Source: Azolla caroliniana
Taxonomy: Eukaryota > Plantae > Polypodiophyta
Assembly (NCBI GenBank): GCA_043228905.1
Contig: JBHGNT010000009.1
Span: 5,456,001 to 5,520,000, forward strand
Reading direction: 5' to 3'
Length of the DNA: 64,000 nucleotides
Notes under the pieces: generated by a model
Told to the model about the DNA's origin: nothing
Database searches by the model: none
Seen by the model: the letters and a program-made list of their open reading frames with translations, nothing else
Part shown: positions 38,089 through 51,684 of the stretch, in pieces
Position numbering within the stretch: position 1 is the stretch's first letter
How the letters are laid out: each line of letters opens with the position of its first letter
Program-made: the position numbers and the translations under genes

Positions 38089-38820
38089 CGCTATGCAACT
38101 CAAGAGACTACCAAGCACGTCCTTTGGTCTTGTCCCTTGGCTCAACAAGTATGGAATAAAGTCCTTTCTTTATTCCTAATGATAAATGTTGGCTGCCTAT
38201 TTTCATGGGGATCAGCGATGTGTGGAGTTTTACATTCAAGCTTGATGTTGTATGAGGTAGACGATGTTCACAAGGCCATGATGGTACATAATAGAAGATT
38301 GATATCAGTTAGTCCCTTTCAGCAACCTCAAAAGCTGGTGCGATTTGTCTAGGTCTGGAAAACAGAGACTACAGTAACATTATGGGCATTATGGAAATGT
38401 AGATATAATCGACTTTATGGTACAACAGATTTTCGTATCTCAAATGTACTATTGGAGATATGGGAGAACTTGCTGGCAGTAGTCCAGGGTTAGTACGACA
38501 ATATGCACGGTTCTCTAAAAAATGTTAATAAGAGAAGGAAGAAGCTTCTTCACTTATGGAGAAAGTTGGCCCCTCTTTACAGTGTCAAATCAAGGGCCTC
38601 AATGGAACTATAGACTTCCATGGACCCTTCCTTGAATATTAGTACACCATGGTAGTGTACATCAACAAATTCAAACACCCTTTACAAGTTCTTATATTTG
38701 TTCTTAGGATTAATGTACATCATTGTAAATAAAAAGTTGTAAGCTTCTAGGCAGATAAATTCAAGTTGTAGCCTTCGGGCGTTTTTCTTAACACTATTGA
38801 AGAAAATCTTTCAAAAAGAA
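38089..38820 (+). mobile_element. 5'-truncated LINE, same family as 30700-31870
   Basis: ETTKHVLWSCPLAQQVWNKV, an A-rich tail, and a 14-bp TSD AAGTTACAAATGTG/AAGTTGCAAATGTG (38075-38088 and 38821-38834). Confidence 0.9.
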
Positions 38821-39025
38821 AAGTTGCAAATGTGGATGGGAAGTAGAGCAGATCCACTTGGATTTGGACTAGAGAGAATGGAATGACAAGTCTTTGTGGG
38901 TCTATGTATGTATTTATGTGCTTGCCGAGTTTAGTGAATGTAAGTTGTTGTCGATGAGTGAGAAATCTTGGGTTTTAATTAATTATACGGTAAAATTATT
39001 ACTAATATCTTATTAAATTTTTATT

Positions 39026-39061
<36 letters not shown>

Positions 39062-39656
39062 CCACGATGTACCTTTGTGTCACCTTTTTAGCAAGTGAAA
39101 GCCTTCATGTTGTGGTGTACCTTTGTGCCTTTGTGCCACCTTTCTAGCAAGCGCATGCCTTCATGCATGTATGCATGCATTATTTGGTAGCTAAACCAAC
39201 CGAAATGTGTATCTCTATATCAACTATAAATTAAGCAGAAAGTAAAGAGCAAGACATGCTAGTTTGGATCCTTTGTATGTGCATTTGAAATTATGATTTT
39301 TTATTTACTTATTTAAATAAGACTATTATTATTATTAATTTATATATTGGTTTCAATTTCAATTGCTAAAGTAATTTACTTATTTACTTAATTAAAATTA
39401 AACTGATTGCTATTAAATTATTATTAATATTATCTAAATTATATATTTTATTTATTTAACTAATCACTTAATTTTACCATAATTAATGTTATTGTCTTAA
39501 TACTATTTATTATTTATATTATTATTTAAATACTTATCTGCTTAATATGTATTTACAATAATGTTTTTGTTGTTGGTATTTTATTAAATTAGTATATATA
39601 TATATATATTTTAATAATGGTGAAGGGAGCTAGTTGATGTCAGGTGAGGTGATAGG

Positions 39657-39951
39657 CAGTGTTGGGCAAAGTCCCAAGAACAATGTTAGCGTTCCGGTTG
39701 AATTGGTACTTATGCCGGCCAAGGTGGGAGAGAGCCGGAATTGATTTCGACTAGAATTTCCCAAAATCCGGAATCTAGCCGGTTCATATTTTTAGAGCCG
39801 GCTATTTATGTATTTTCATATAAAAAGAAAGTTTTACATGTAGTTATCTTGAATTTCCTCTTCCCCCGCTTTCTACCTTTCCCCCCCTTTCTTTTCCCCC
39901 TCTTTCTACCTTCATTCTCCACTTGCTCTCACACCATGGCTACTAGGACCC

Positions 39952-39997
<46 letters not shown>

Positions 39998-42243
39998 ATT
40001 CTTTTCTTCGTTCTCCTTGTGTGTATGTACTACTTTGGCCCGCACCTGCATAGACTGCCATGCTTTGTTTGTATTCCCGTATACACCTCTTTCTAAGGCA
40101 TGCTTTCCTTCTTCTTGCTCTTTCTAAGGCATGCCATGCCTTCTTTCCTTTTGTTGCACTATCCCATTCCATATGTATGTTTCTATTCTCACATAAAACT
40201 TTCTCTTCTCCCTCTCTTGCTCAATTCTTACTATGTCTCTTTCTCCATTGTTTATCAAACGTTGTTTGATTATTTGCTCTCTTTCTATCAGGTCAATTAC
40301 CTCCTCAGATGTGATAGGGTATTGCAAAACTTGTGATTTATGTTTTGATTTTTCCTTTGTTGTGAGTAGGTAAAGATTTTGCAGTCCACTGGAAGAGGCC
40401 ACACGGTTAGTCCTATGAATAATGGAGCTACTATTCGGAAATCTCTCCACATTGACAATCTAGTTGCAAATTTGCTAGTTGGTTGGTTGTTCCTTAACAT
40501 AATTATCTTTGTATATTGTTCTTGACATCATTGTTTGGGAAATACTTCTTGACTTCTCTTTTCATGCATAAAATATAATAGGAAACCATGGGAAAACACT
40601 GCAATCTCACAGGAGTTGAGTAGAAAAATACTTATCAGTAAGCTAACAAAATAACTGCACATTTTCCTTTATAAATGTTTTATTTCCATTTGGCAAACAC
40701 TCTAAATAATACAAACCTCGTGTTAGAAATAAATATTTCACTTTATGGAGTGGAAGTTGTGAGATAACACCTTATAAATGCAATTTATAAATATTTCTAG
40801 TAAGGAATAATGTGAATGATGTGTCAATCTTATAAATAGATTGTTATTTTAGTGAATTATGTGTCAATCTTATTCTGGAGCTCTCATTTTAGGGAGAAAA
40901 CATGTATGTACAGTTGTGTTGAAAGGTCAAGGTGATGAGGTTGGAGATGGGACAATGTCAATGGTCGTTCTAGAAGGGGAACTTTTACAAGAAGCATATA
41001 AATTTAAAGTGAAATACATACACCCCATGACCATCATTGAAGGTATTGTTTGCATCGAGGTCAAACCTTTTACATTTCAATTCTCTTTATCTAATTTCTT
41101 TTCTCAACGTAATGACTATGCTCACGAATGTAGGTTGGGACATCATATTGACATTTACATTTGCATACAAAAAAGTGATATAGAAAACAATATTCAAAAG
41201 GGTTTAGTGTTTGTATATCGTTGATATTCAAACATGCATTTGTGTACAAGGCTATACAAGATTGAGGGGGATGTTGGATGTAGAAGCCCCAACATTTTGT
41301 GATGCTTGCCTTTTGGGTTTGCATTGGTACTATCTGTTGATCTTTTGAAAGAGAAAGGCCTCAATATCCCAGATGTGCTGATTGATGAGCTCAATGTTGT
41401 TGATACTTGAGTTGTCAAGGCGCCATGGGAGCAAAGGTCAGGGGATGGCGAAATCGATGGAATTTCCTAGTTCACCCGTTCTAGGGGTCTTTCTATTGTT
41501 TGGGGAGCCTAACTCAGTTCTTCTTAGAAGGTCTATTCTTGGAGAGTGCAATAGCTCTTCTGAGAAGCTTTACCAATCTAATAGAAATCATATAGTATGC
41601 TCCTTTTATTTCAAAACAGTGTTTGAATCGAAAAACAATGCTACTTCTGATAATCGAACAATGCATAAAAAAAGATTATCATGCTATATTTGATTATTCG
41701 ATTGATTCGGCTAATTGTTTCTTGTATATGAAAGCAAGGACTGTGCTTGCAATACAACTAATGTATATAACAAATGATCAAATAATGAGAGATTATAACT
41801 GTTCATACTTGTTTTCTGGTACTTGATTATGTTAATGTTGTAAAGTTTGTATTGATTTGCATACTTGTTTTCTGGTACTTGATTTGCAATAATGTTCGAC
41901 AATGGTCAGTTTTTTTATTTAAAGTTTATGATATTTTTTGAATGTCAAGCATTGTTGTGTTCACATTAAAAGGAAACTAGTTAGTACCCTCTTGGCAACA
42001 AATATTGTAGGTCTCTATGAAATATTGCCATTCTAAGCTTGACCTTGCACAGATAGAATGAATGTTGATTTCGTATGTGCCCAAAAAAATGATTTGATTT
42101 GGTATGTTCAAAAAAAAATTCAACATGTTCCGGTTGATATTATTGCAAATAGGAAATTGGTCGGTTAAAAATTCTAAATTCTGGTTAAGATCATAAGTAG
42201 CAGGAAAATTTCCGGTAGGGGCTAGAGACTTTGCCCAACACTG
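39657..42243. mobile_element. Non-autonomous hAT element carrying captured host gene fragments (Pack-hAT), 2587 bp
   Basis: Perfect 17-bp TIRs CAGTGTTGGGCAAAGTC/GACTTTGCCCAACACTG, 8-bp TSD GTGATAGG (39649-39656 and 42244-42251), and no intact transposase. Confidence 0.95.
40370..41042 (+). pseudogene. CCT2: Captured fragment of cytosolic chaperonin CCT/TCP-1 beta subunit gene (two exons: 40370-40481 and 40914-41042)
   Basis: The exons read [36 protein letters not shown] and LKGQGDEVGDGTMSMVVLEGELLQEAYKFKVKYIHPMTIIEG. These match the recalled plant CCT-beta sequence [75 protein letters not shown]/GT boundaries and exon phase are consistent. Confidence 0.88.
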
Positions 42244-43252
42244 GTGATAGGCGTCAAAGTCGAATGTTTGACTCGAACAAAGGAGTGTTCGAGTCGAACG
42301 CTCAGTCAAAGCGAGGCCTTTGACTAGTGTCAAAGGCTCCTGTTTGTCTTAATTTATTTTATAGCCCTGTGAGAGGGAATTGAATGTAATTTAAATAAAT
42401 AAATATATTATTGTATTTTTGGCTCTAGCATCGGGTGACATTTGGCAGACAACATGTTGACTCTAGTCGACGTGGAGAGTTCGACCTTGTCGCTTGAAAA
42501 TTTTATGTTAGAGTACAATTCCTAACTCGGTGGGTAGAATCAAAATCCAAAAAATCTATCACGACCCTTGAGGTGAAGTCTTCACATTGACAAGCGGGTT
42601 TCTAGCAAGACGGCTCGGTGACACAGTAGATGCCAATTTCACCAAATTCTTGTAACTTTGTCATTCGAGCTTGGAATTTCCGTGTTGAAAATTCCAACGT
42701 GCTCCTTGCTTGATCACAATTAGTTTAAACAAGGATTTGCACAAGATAATTGAAATATAGATTACATTTAAATTTCGTGTAAATACAATGAGAAAATTTC
42801 TCAACTCTATTACATGGAGTGGTAATGAAGACAACAAGGGAAGAATAGGTAAATAGGAGTATATATAGAGAAGAAAAGCATCAAGAATAAAGATTCAATG
42901 GAGAGATCGTTGAGTTTTGTTGCAATTCCCTCTTGATTCAGAACAAATGACGACCATGTCACCTTTTGCCGTTATTGGTCTTGCACACCCTCTTGATTCA
43001 CAACCCCTGACCTTTCTCTTGATTTCAATAGCGTTTCCGCCTTGTCTCAAAATTCCCCCCTCAAACAATGAGCCTTCGTCACCCTTTTACAAGATTCCAG
43101 AGGCTCTTTCCCAAATAAAAAAGTGGTCGCTTTTTTTCTAGTTTTGCACACACCATGTTTTTTTCCCTTGCATGGTCTACTTTATCTTTAACACATAATG
43201 CTTGCAAAAGAAAGCTAATCATATTGTTCATTATTGTATTAGTCATCCACTT

Positions 43253-46200
43253 TTACCCATAAAAATATCCTCCATTGGTATTAACATAAAATGGCCCAAG
43301 GCAATATACAAAATAGTCCACTATTACAAAGAAAACTGCAACATAATTAACCAGAAAAGTATTGAACGCTGGTGTAGCTTCAACAGTCTCAACAACACCG
43401 GGTTCAAAAAAACTCCATCTTTTTACAATCTGAATATGGATTTTTGGGCTTTATCAAAGTAGTCTATGCCACCTATATTGCTCAAAATCTCTTCTATTTT
43501 GATGCAAATTGATAGTGTCATATGTCACATAATGCCTCTCCATGCAATTTGAATACAACTTTGTCAATGAGTTCCAATGTTTGCTGTCAAAAAATGTATG
43601 TTGTTGCTAGCATGTCGAGCTTGGAACCAAAGTGATATAGATTTTCACAGTTTTCTTCCCCATCATCTACAACAAAAAAGAGAGGAAAACACTCTCCAAA
43701 TCTGAAAATTAATAAACACACAGTCAGTTCTCCCTTTCACTCCCTATAAATGCTTCATCCTCCATTAAAATCCTCCATCTCTTCCACCAATTTAGATGAA
43801 GTATATACATATACATTCTTCCCCTTTTCCATCTATAAGGACGACTTCCCCAAGCGAAGTTGTCCTTATAACATCAGCCACGTCGACGCCGGATATAACC
43901 CAAAGGATGTACGTACGACAACAAAATGATATGGTAACCTCATCACCTCAAGAAAAAATGCTTCGGCCTCCACACCATCTTCATTCAACCTTATCACAAA
44001 AAAATTCTTCATTCACTCCATATCAACCATGTCGTTGAATATCGCCAAATTCCTATATAAATAACAACAAACCTCATGATCTGCATCGGCCATCAGTCAT
44101 CATAGTAAGCAACCTAAAGTGTTCTTCATTCAGTCCACATAACATAGAAAGGAGGAAAACACTCTCCAAATCTAAAAAATTAATAAACACATAAGCAATT
44201 CTCCCTTTCACTCCCTAGAAATGCTCTATCCTCCATTAAAATCATCCATCTCTTCCACAAATTTAGGCGAAGTATATAATACATTTCCCCCCCTTTTCCC
44301 TCTATAAGGACGACTTCCCCAAGCAAAGTTGTCCTTATAACATTAGCCACGTCGATGATGGAAATCTCCCAAATGATGTACCATCTCGATTCATCCTTAT
44401 CATAAAAATTCTTCATTCAGTCCACATCAACCATCTCGTCGAATATCGCCAAGTTCTTGTATAAGTAACAACAAAATGAATGTAGACTATTTCCTCCTTC
44501 CCTCATGATCTGCTTCGTCCCCCACTCCATCATCACTCATCCTCTCGTCATGTTACCACACCATCATCGGTCATCGTAGTGAGAAGCCTAAAATTTTCTT
44601 CATTCAATCCACATAAAAAAGAAAAGAGGAAAACAGTCTCCAAATCTGAAAATTAATAAACACATATGCAATTCTCCCTTTCACTCCCTAGAAATGCTTC
44701 ATCCTCCATTAAAAAATCATCCATCTCTTCCACAAATTTAGACGAAGTATATAATACATTTTGTCCCCCTTTTCCCTCTATAAGGACGGCTTCCCCAAGC
44801 AAAGTTGTCCTTATAACATCAGCCATGTCGATGACGGAAATCTCCCAAATGATGTACCATCTCGAGTCATCCTTATCATAAAAATTCTTCATTCAGTCCA
44901 CATCAACCATCTCGTTGAATATCGCCAAGTTCTTGTATAAATAACAACAAAATGAATGTAAACTATTTCCTCCTTCCCTCATGATCTGCTTCGCCCCCCA
45001 CACCATCATCACTCATCCTCTCGTCATGTTACCACACCATCATCAGTCATTGTAGTGAGACCCCTAAAATCTTCTTCATTCAGTCCACATAACAAAGAAA
45101 AGAGGAAAACAATCTCCAAATCTGAAAATTAATAAACACACAGTCAGTTCTCCCTTTCACTCCCTAGAAATGCTTCATCCTCCATTAAAATCATCCATCT
45201 CTTCCATAAATTTAGACGAAGTATATATATACATTCTCTCCCCTTTTCCCTCTATAAGGATGACTTCCCCAAGCAAAGTTGTCCTTATAACATCAGCCAT
45301 GTCGATGACGGAAATCTCCCAAACGATGTACCTATGACAACAAAATGATATAGTAACCGCATCACCTGAAGCAAAAATGCTTCTGCCCCCACACCATCTT
45401 CACTCATCCTTATCATAAAAATTCTTCATTCAGTCCACATCAACCATCTCGCTGAATATCGCCAAGTCATGTCTAAATAACAACAAAATTAATCTAGAGT
45501 ATTTCCTCCTCCCCTCATGATCTGCTTTGGCCCCCACACCATCATCACTCATCCTCTCGTCATATTCCTATGCTTCAATCCATACCGCCACACCATCATC
45601 CGTCATTGTAGTGAGAAACCTAAAGTCTTCTTCATTCAAACCACATCAACATGTCGATGATCCCAACCATCTTGCCCTCTCGCCAATGCCCGCCAACATC
45701 CTTCTCATGATATCAGCTTCAACCCCTACAACATCATTAGTCATCCTTACAAAAACAGAAAATGAACTTCCTCTAATCCACATCAATCATCTCGCCATTG
45801 TTGATGATCACCAACATATCAACTTCCTTCTCAAACACAACAAATTCAAAAATTATGTTCTTATGGGAAGGAAATATATTTCATCGCAACTTAAGAATGA
45901 AATAAGAAAGGACTAGGCGAAGGAAACAACCATCGTGGGGGCATATAATTCCAGCTATTTTCATGTGTTCCATCTAGCCATAGAGGTATTGGCCACCATA
46001 TTTGACGAATTTTCTTGCTTTTCTTATGCATCTTTTCTGCGGTTCCTTTGAAATTATCATACTCTCCCTTAATTGTGTGTACCAAGTTGTCCCAGAACAT
46101 CTTTATCATATCCACCACATTATACTCGATACCTTCATATTTCTTGCTGCATCGACACTTCCACCACACCCATAAAACATTAATCGAAACAATATTCCAA

Positions 46201-46526
46201 ACAAAAGTCTTTTTAAAATATTTACCAAGTGCTCGCAATGTTTGGGCAAACCGCTTCAATTCTATTCTCTAATACACGCAATGCTTCTGCACATTGTTCC
46301 CCTTCGTACACGGATACATGCACATCTAAAGACCCTCAAAAACAGCTCCCCATGTAAAAATTGCTCCTCTATATTTACACAAAAACATTCTCAATATTCT
46401 TCCCCAATATTTTCGAGCTGCAATACAAGTCCAAAACAAATGTTTCAATGTCTCCTCTTGTAATTGGCAACACATATAGTGACGATCATCAACTTGTCCT
46501 TTTAGATGAAAACCTAACATGTCCTT
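43253..46526 (-). mobile_element. 5'-truncated LINE with an unusually long tandem-repeat 3' region
   Basis: zf-RVT-like CCQLQEETLKHLFWTC and VLWVWWKCRC at 45891-46520, and a 19-bp TSD TTGTATTAGTCATCCACTT (43234-43252 and 46527-46545). Confidence 0.8.
43682..45650. repeat. ~474-bp tandem array, about 4 copies
   Basis: GAGGAAAACA.TCTCCAAATCT.AAAATTAATAAACACA starts at 43682, 44152, 44626 and 45102. Confidence 0.95.
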
Positions 46527-47782
46527 TTGTATTAGTCATCCACTTAACCTCCCTTAGGCTAAATTTGACTCAAACCCTTGATCTTTCACACATAACACAA
46601 TTCCAATTCATTCCTTGTCCTTCTTATCATATTGTTGCTCTTCCCATCAATTTTTAATATAATACTAAATGTAACTCAATTCCTCCTATAGTCTCCCTAC
46701 ATCACGAAAACACTATTTAATATTCTTACCATTTTAAGTGGTTGACTATTTTTATTTGGTAGAGTAACTCCAAAAAGTTGTAAAAGGAGGTAACCAAAAT
46801 TCAGATTGACACAAGAAAGCCAATTGTGAGGGTGCATAAGAAGTCTATGATGACAAGTGGTAATCTAGCCAACAATTATAGACTCTATGCCGAAACTCAA
46901 GGATTATGCGACACAATTTCTATTGGATTTTATCTTCTTTATGTCGTACACCCATATAATGGGGTTGAGGATTTTATCCACAAGTATATGTTGATTTAGC
47001 CTAATGGGAATTAGTACGAGCTAATGTAATTTACTCTTCAACAATTGTAAGTATTTCAGAAGATTTGTTATAACTGCATGATTGACTATGGAATGAAGGG
47101 CATCATAAATCTTCTAGAACAAAAATTGAGTAATTGAATGTCAATTAATGAAAAAACTTTTGTAAATTCATGGGGGAGGTTATCAAATCCATACATTCGA
47201 CGAATGAACATTTGGGCTCCAAACAAAAAGTTAGCTTCCTTCAAAACTTCAACATCTAATCAATCCATAAGTGCCCAAAGAATCCGTGAGCACCCGATGA
47301 ACCCACAAGCATCTATTAAATCCACAAGCACCCATTCATTCCACAAGCACTTGATCATTCCATGAGGGAAAATCATAGGAGGAATTGAGTTAAATTAGGT
47401 ATATTAAAAAAGTTGAATGATAGATTGAGATTGTGGTAAAAAAGGTATAATGTGAGTTGGAATTAACTATAGCTCAATAGGTGAAAGCATGTGTTATGAG
47501 TGACAGGTAAGATGTTTGAGTCCAACTTGGACCATAGGATATCGACTGGATAAATTAATGTGATCATGGTGAGCATTATGAAATGTTAGTTATTTGTTCC
47601 TTCATTTTCGGTTTTCACTAGAGGGGAAACATGGGGGGTGGGGATATTTGCTCTCAGGGGACGCAAAAGCATTGCCGGAATTTGAAAAGAGAAAGCTAGG
47701 GTTGCAAATCAAGAGGGCGTGCAAGATCAACAATCTCAAAAGTGATGGGAATAGAGGTCGGAATTGGCCAGCCACTCACGAA

Positions 47783-49323
47783 TATGATTCAACTAACAAG
47801 GAAACACAAGACAAAATACAAACAAAAATGTAAAATAGAAAAGCCAAAGTTTTATATGGAAAACCCTAAAACGGGAAAACCACGGGAGCCCTTTGACTCC
47901 AAAACTTCACTATATAGAAGTGTATACAAATAGTTCCACCCTCCTTAGATCATTGGAGAAATACCAAATATCAAGGCCACAACCTTGACCTAAACCTCGT
48001 CTAAGATAGCAGACAAAAATCACAAAAACAATAGAGATAACACAGAATAAAAGCACTTCATACAGTAAGATAGGAAATCTGCTCTCAAGCTAGAACTCTG
48101 TTTGATGCATCTACAGTGTGCATGATCCTCTATTGCTTTTGCGCTCTCTTTCATTCTCTAACGTTCTCAATTTCTTTTCTTGTTATCTCACAGTTCTTCA
48201 TACACTATTCTGCATAACAACGTTATACATAAAAAAAGTTCACATAGAACATATACATACATACATACATACATATAATAATTTACAATTTTAGCCCTTT
48301 GTCGATTGCAACGACTCTTAGCCGTAAGCCGAATTGACTCTTGGCCGATCCATAGACGGCTATGGCTCTTAGCTGATCCATGGCCCTTAGCCGACTTCCG
48401 GCCCCTTTGCCGGCTCTTGTCCGACTCTCGGCTCTTCCTCCTCCCATGAGGAGGGAAACATACATAACAAACTCCCCTTACACTCCTACATGGGAGAGTC
48501 AACTGGACTTGTCCTTGGCCGACAAGCAATGAGCTTTTCCATAGACAAAACCTTTGTAAGCATATCTGATTCATTTTTATCAGTATGGATCTTTACAAGA
48601 GCAAACTCATATTCATCCGCTCTCCATCGTAACTAGTGGTACCTTTCTTTGTGTGTGCTTGGTATGAGAGTGGTAGACAACATTCTTAGCAAGGTGGATG
48701 GCACTTTGATTATCGCAGTGAAGTAGGAATTTGTCTTACTTCATTCCTAGCTCACTCAGAAAATCCCTTATCCAAATCAATTCCTCTTCGGCCTCAATTG
48801 TAGCCATATACTCAGCCTTTGTGGATGACAAAGCCACAACCTTTTACAATCTTGATTGCCATGACATGACTTCCCCTGCATAAGTCATCCCATATCTTGA
48901 TGTGGATTGGCCGGAGTCAAGATCACCCGACATATCAGAATTTGTGAAACCTTTAAGCATAGGTTTACCGGGGCCATACCTAAGGCATATACCCGAGGTG
49001 CCTTTCAGGTATCTGAGTATCCATTTCACTACAACCCAACGCTCGTTTCCAAGATTGCTCATAAATAAGCTAACAGTCCCAACATCAAATGCAATGTTTG
49101 GTATGGTACAAACCATAGCATACATTAGGCAACCAACAACTTAGGCATACGACACCTTTTTCATGTTAGCCTTATCCTGTTCACCTTTCAGACATTGACC
49201 AGAATTCAACTTACAGTTCACTGCTAGTGCAGATCTAACATGTTTTGCATTATACATATTAAACCTTTGTAGTATTTTTGTCACATGTTTCTTTTGTGAC
49301 AGCCATAGGGTGTTTTTAGCCCT
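47783..49323 (-). mobile_element. Truncated older copia (3' LTR, RNase H and RT end) related to the intact element
   Basis: The LTR shares TGGAAAACCCTA.ACGGGAAAA.CCACGGGAG with the intact LTR and ends CA at 48469, followed by the PPT. MYAMVCT..KWILRYLKGT..SWQSRL with frameshifts. The left boundary is approximate. Confidence 0.85.
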
Positions 49324-49604
49324 TGTTAGAGTCTGAGACCGTCAACACGGAAACAAGAACAATATCTATGTTGAGAAGATCACCAAGTTAACCAGTTAAA
49401 GCAAGATCAAGGAGACAGAGAGAGAAGGGAGAGAGACAAAGAGACACACAATGTAATAGTCTAATTCTAAAAGTTACAATACAAGAATGACACTATCAAC
49501 ATCATCACAACTAAGTTACAAGAGTCAGTTCAAATACCGACTGACTTAGAGAAACTGCCCTTTATACTATTTACATAAATTGCCTAAACCTAGTCTGTCC
49601 AAAA

Positions 49605-50287
49605 CAAGGTTGTTAGGTATAGTACAGATACCATACGTATTTAACGTATTAATACCCGTATAGTACCTCCCAATTTAAAAATACGTTAAATACGTTTTCT
49701 TAATATGTTAAATACTTATAAAATACGTAAAGTACGTAAAATATGTATTTTACGTATAGTATGTTAAATACTTCTAGAATTTGAAAATTATTTACCTTTC
49801 TAAAAAATATCTATAATATTGTAAAAAATATCTATGTTTACACAATTTTGTGATGTACAATATAGTTCTACATCTAGTGTGTATCACGATGTTCTACTTC
49901 AAATTATAATTATTTACAATTATGCCTTCATAGATTGAGGAATCGTCTACGATTATCACACTCATGATAGGTTTCTCTTTTCTTCTTCTTCTTCTTCTTC
50001 TTCTTCTTCTTGATCTTCTTCATCGTCGTCTCTTCTATTCTTCTTTCTTCCTTCCTTTGGCTTCTTTTTCACTAAAATCTTTTTTTTCTTTTGCTTTTTG
50101 TTAGGGTTTTACTTACATTTTCTTTATAAATACGTATTATACTATTTTTTTATAAATACGTTAAATACCGTATTGGACAAATGTACATGATATTTGATTG
50201 AACAACATTGAGGTATAGTACGTACTATACAAATGATGAGGTACTATACGTATTTAAACGTTAAATACGAGTACGTAAACAACCATG
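49605..50287. mobile_element. MITE (hAT-like termini) inside the copia LTR
   Basis: Imperfect TIRs CAAGGTTGTT/AACAACCATG and clustered subterminal TACGT motifs. The TSD is not clean. Confidence 0.65.
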
Positions 50288-50924
50288 AACTCCAAAAGGA
50301 CAGTGTGAACACGGTCATTATACACCCATATTTGACACTCCCCCATAATGGGCGTATACAACAAAAAATATGCACTAAAAGGAGTAAACAAAAAGAGTAC
50401 ATATTTATAGAAAGGTTATCAAACAAATCGGCCTTGTCCGAATTGGAAATATCTGGGAACAAAAAGGCCAGGTCGGCCGAGGCCGGAAGAGCTAAAGCCA
50501 AATCACTTAGTTCGAAAGGGAATCCTAATCGAAGAGGCCGAAGTCGAGTTGGTTATGCCAATTGCTGATTGTTAGAAACCATTTTGAATGTCTAACTCAA
50601 TCAGAAACCATCTAGTGCCGAAGGGATTGGAAAGCATCTGGTGCCGAAGGGATTGGAATCGATCTGCCAGAAGACACTTGGTCATCCCATTTGTGACACT
50701 ATCGGTCGTAGATATCTTCTTGAGACTGGTTTTCCCTGAAATGACGCAGTCTCGAACAAAGTGATATCTCACATTGATGTGCTTTGAGGCGTTGTGATGG
50801 ACCGAATTTCTTAACAAAGCGACAACACCCCGACTGTCACTATAGACAACTGAAGCCAAGTCGAAGTCGACTTGTCGAAATGTGTGCGTTAGCCGACCGA
50901 GCCATAAACCCTCTTTCGCCACGT

Positions 50925-51684
50925 TGTCGTGCCTTTCGGCTCCGGATCGTTTGTGTGAGTCGGGTGGGAACCACCGGGGTTTTGGACTAGGAGAAAAGAA
51001 AAATACAAATAAGGCTAGTAAAGAATAGGTATAAAGAGTTATAAGATAAGAATCTCGTGAATCCCACGAGTTTAGTATATTTAGTCAATATTTAGGTAGT
51101 AAGAGAGAATTATTTTAGCAAATTCGTGAATCCCACGAATATTTTAGATTGATTGATCATTATAGAAAAATAATCAACAAAAACTACAATGTGCTCCCCA
51201 TCCTTATATAGTGATGGGAGAGACTAAGCATAGCTACATGCTTTTTTCTAATATGTTCATGCACACTAAATGTGCATGTGATGCTTTCTTAATCCTTGCT
51301 TTTATTTGCTAAATATAGTGCTCATGCACGCTAGATGTGCATGAGTCACTTTTTAGTTGCTTGCGTTTTTCTATAAAATATTCACGCACTCTAAAAATGC
51401 ATGATTTACCTTTTAATAAAGGTAGGCGCAAATAAAGCACTTATAGTTATTAAATCTATTTGTAAAACATTAAAGATAAGGTAGCATAATGGTAAAGTTG
51501 AGGTTTGGCTATGTGGAGGTACAAGGTTCAAATCTTGCCCTATGCATGTGATAAATATCTTGATATTCTTATTTTATTTATTGGTGATAAATATCTTGAT
51601 ATTCTTATTTTATTTATTTATATGTAATTAAATCGGTTATATTATTTTTACTTTTTCACGTAGTGTACGAAATACACTACGACA
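50925..51684. mobile_element. Solo LTR (760 bp) with a 4-bp TSD, inserted in the copia RNase H
   Basis: TGTCGT...ACGACA termini and TSD ACGT. Removing it restores the frame EYVVAFDVAKEGLWL. Confidence 0.88.

Noticed and set aside
42557-46705. Possible solo LTR hosting the LINE
   Set aside because: The ends are LTR-like (TATCACGACCC..CTACATCA), but there is no matching TSD
47467-47530. tRNA gene (TAGCTCAATAGG A-box)
   Set aside because: The B-box is degenerate and no cloverleaf can be formed. At most it is a SINE or tRNA relic
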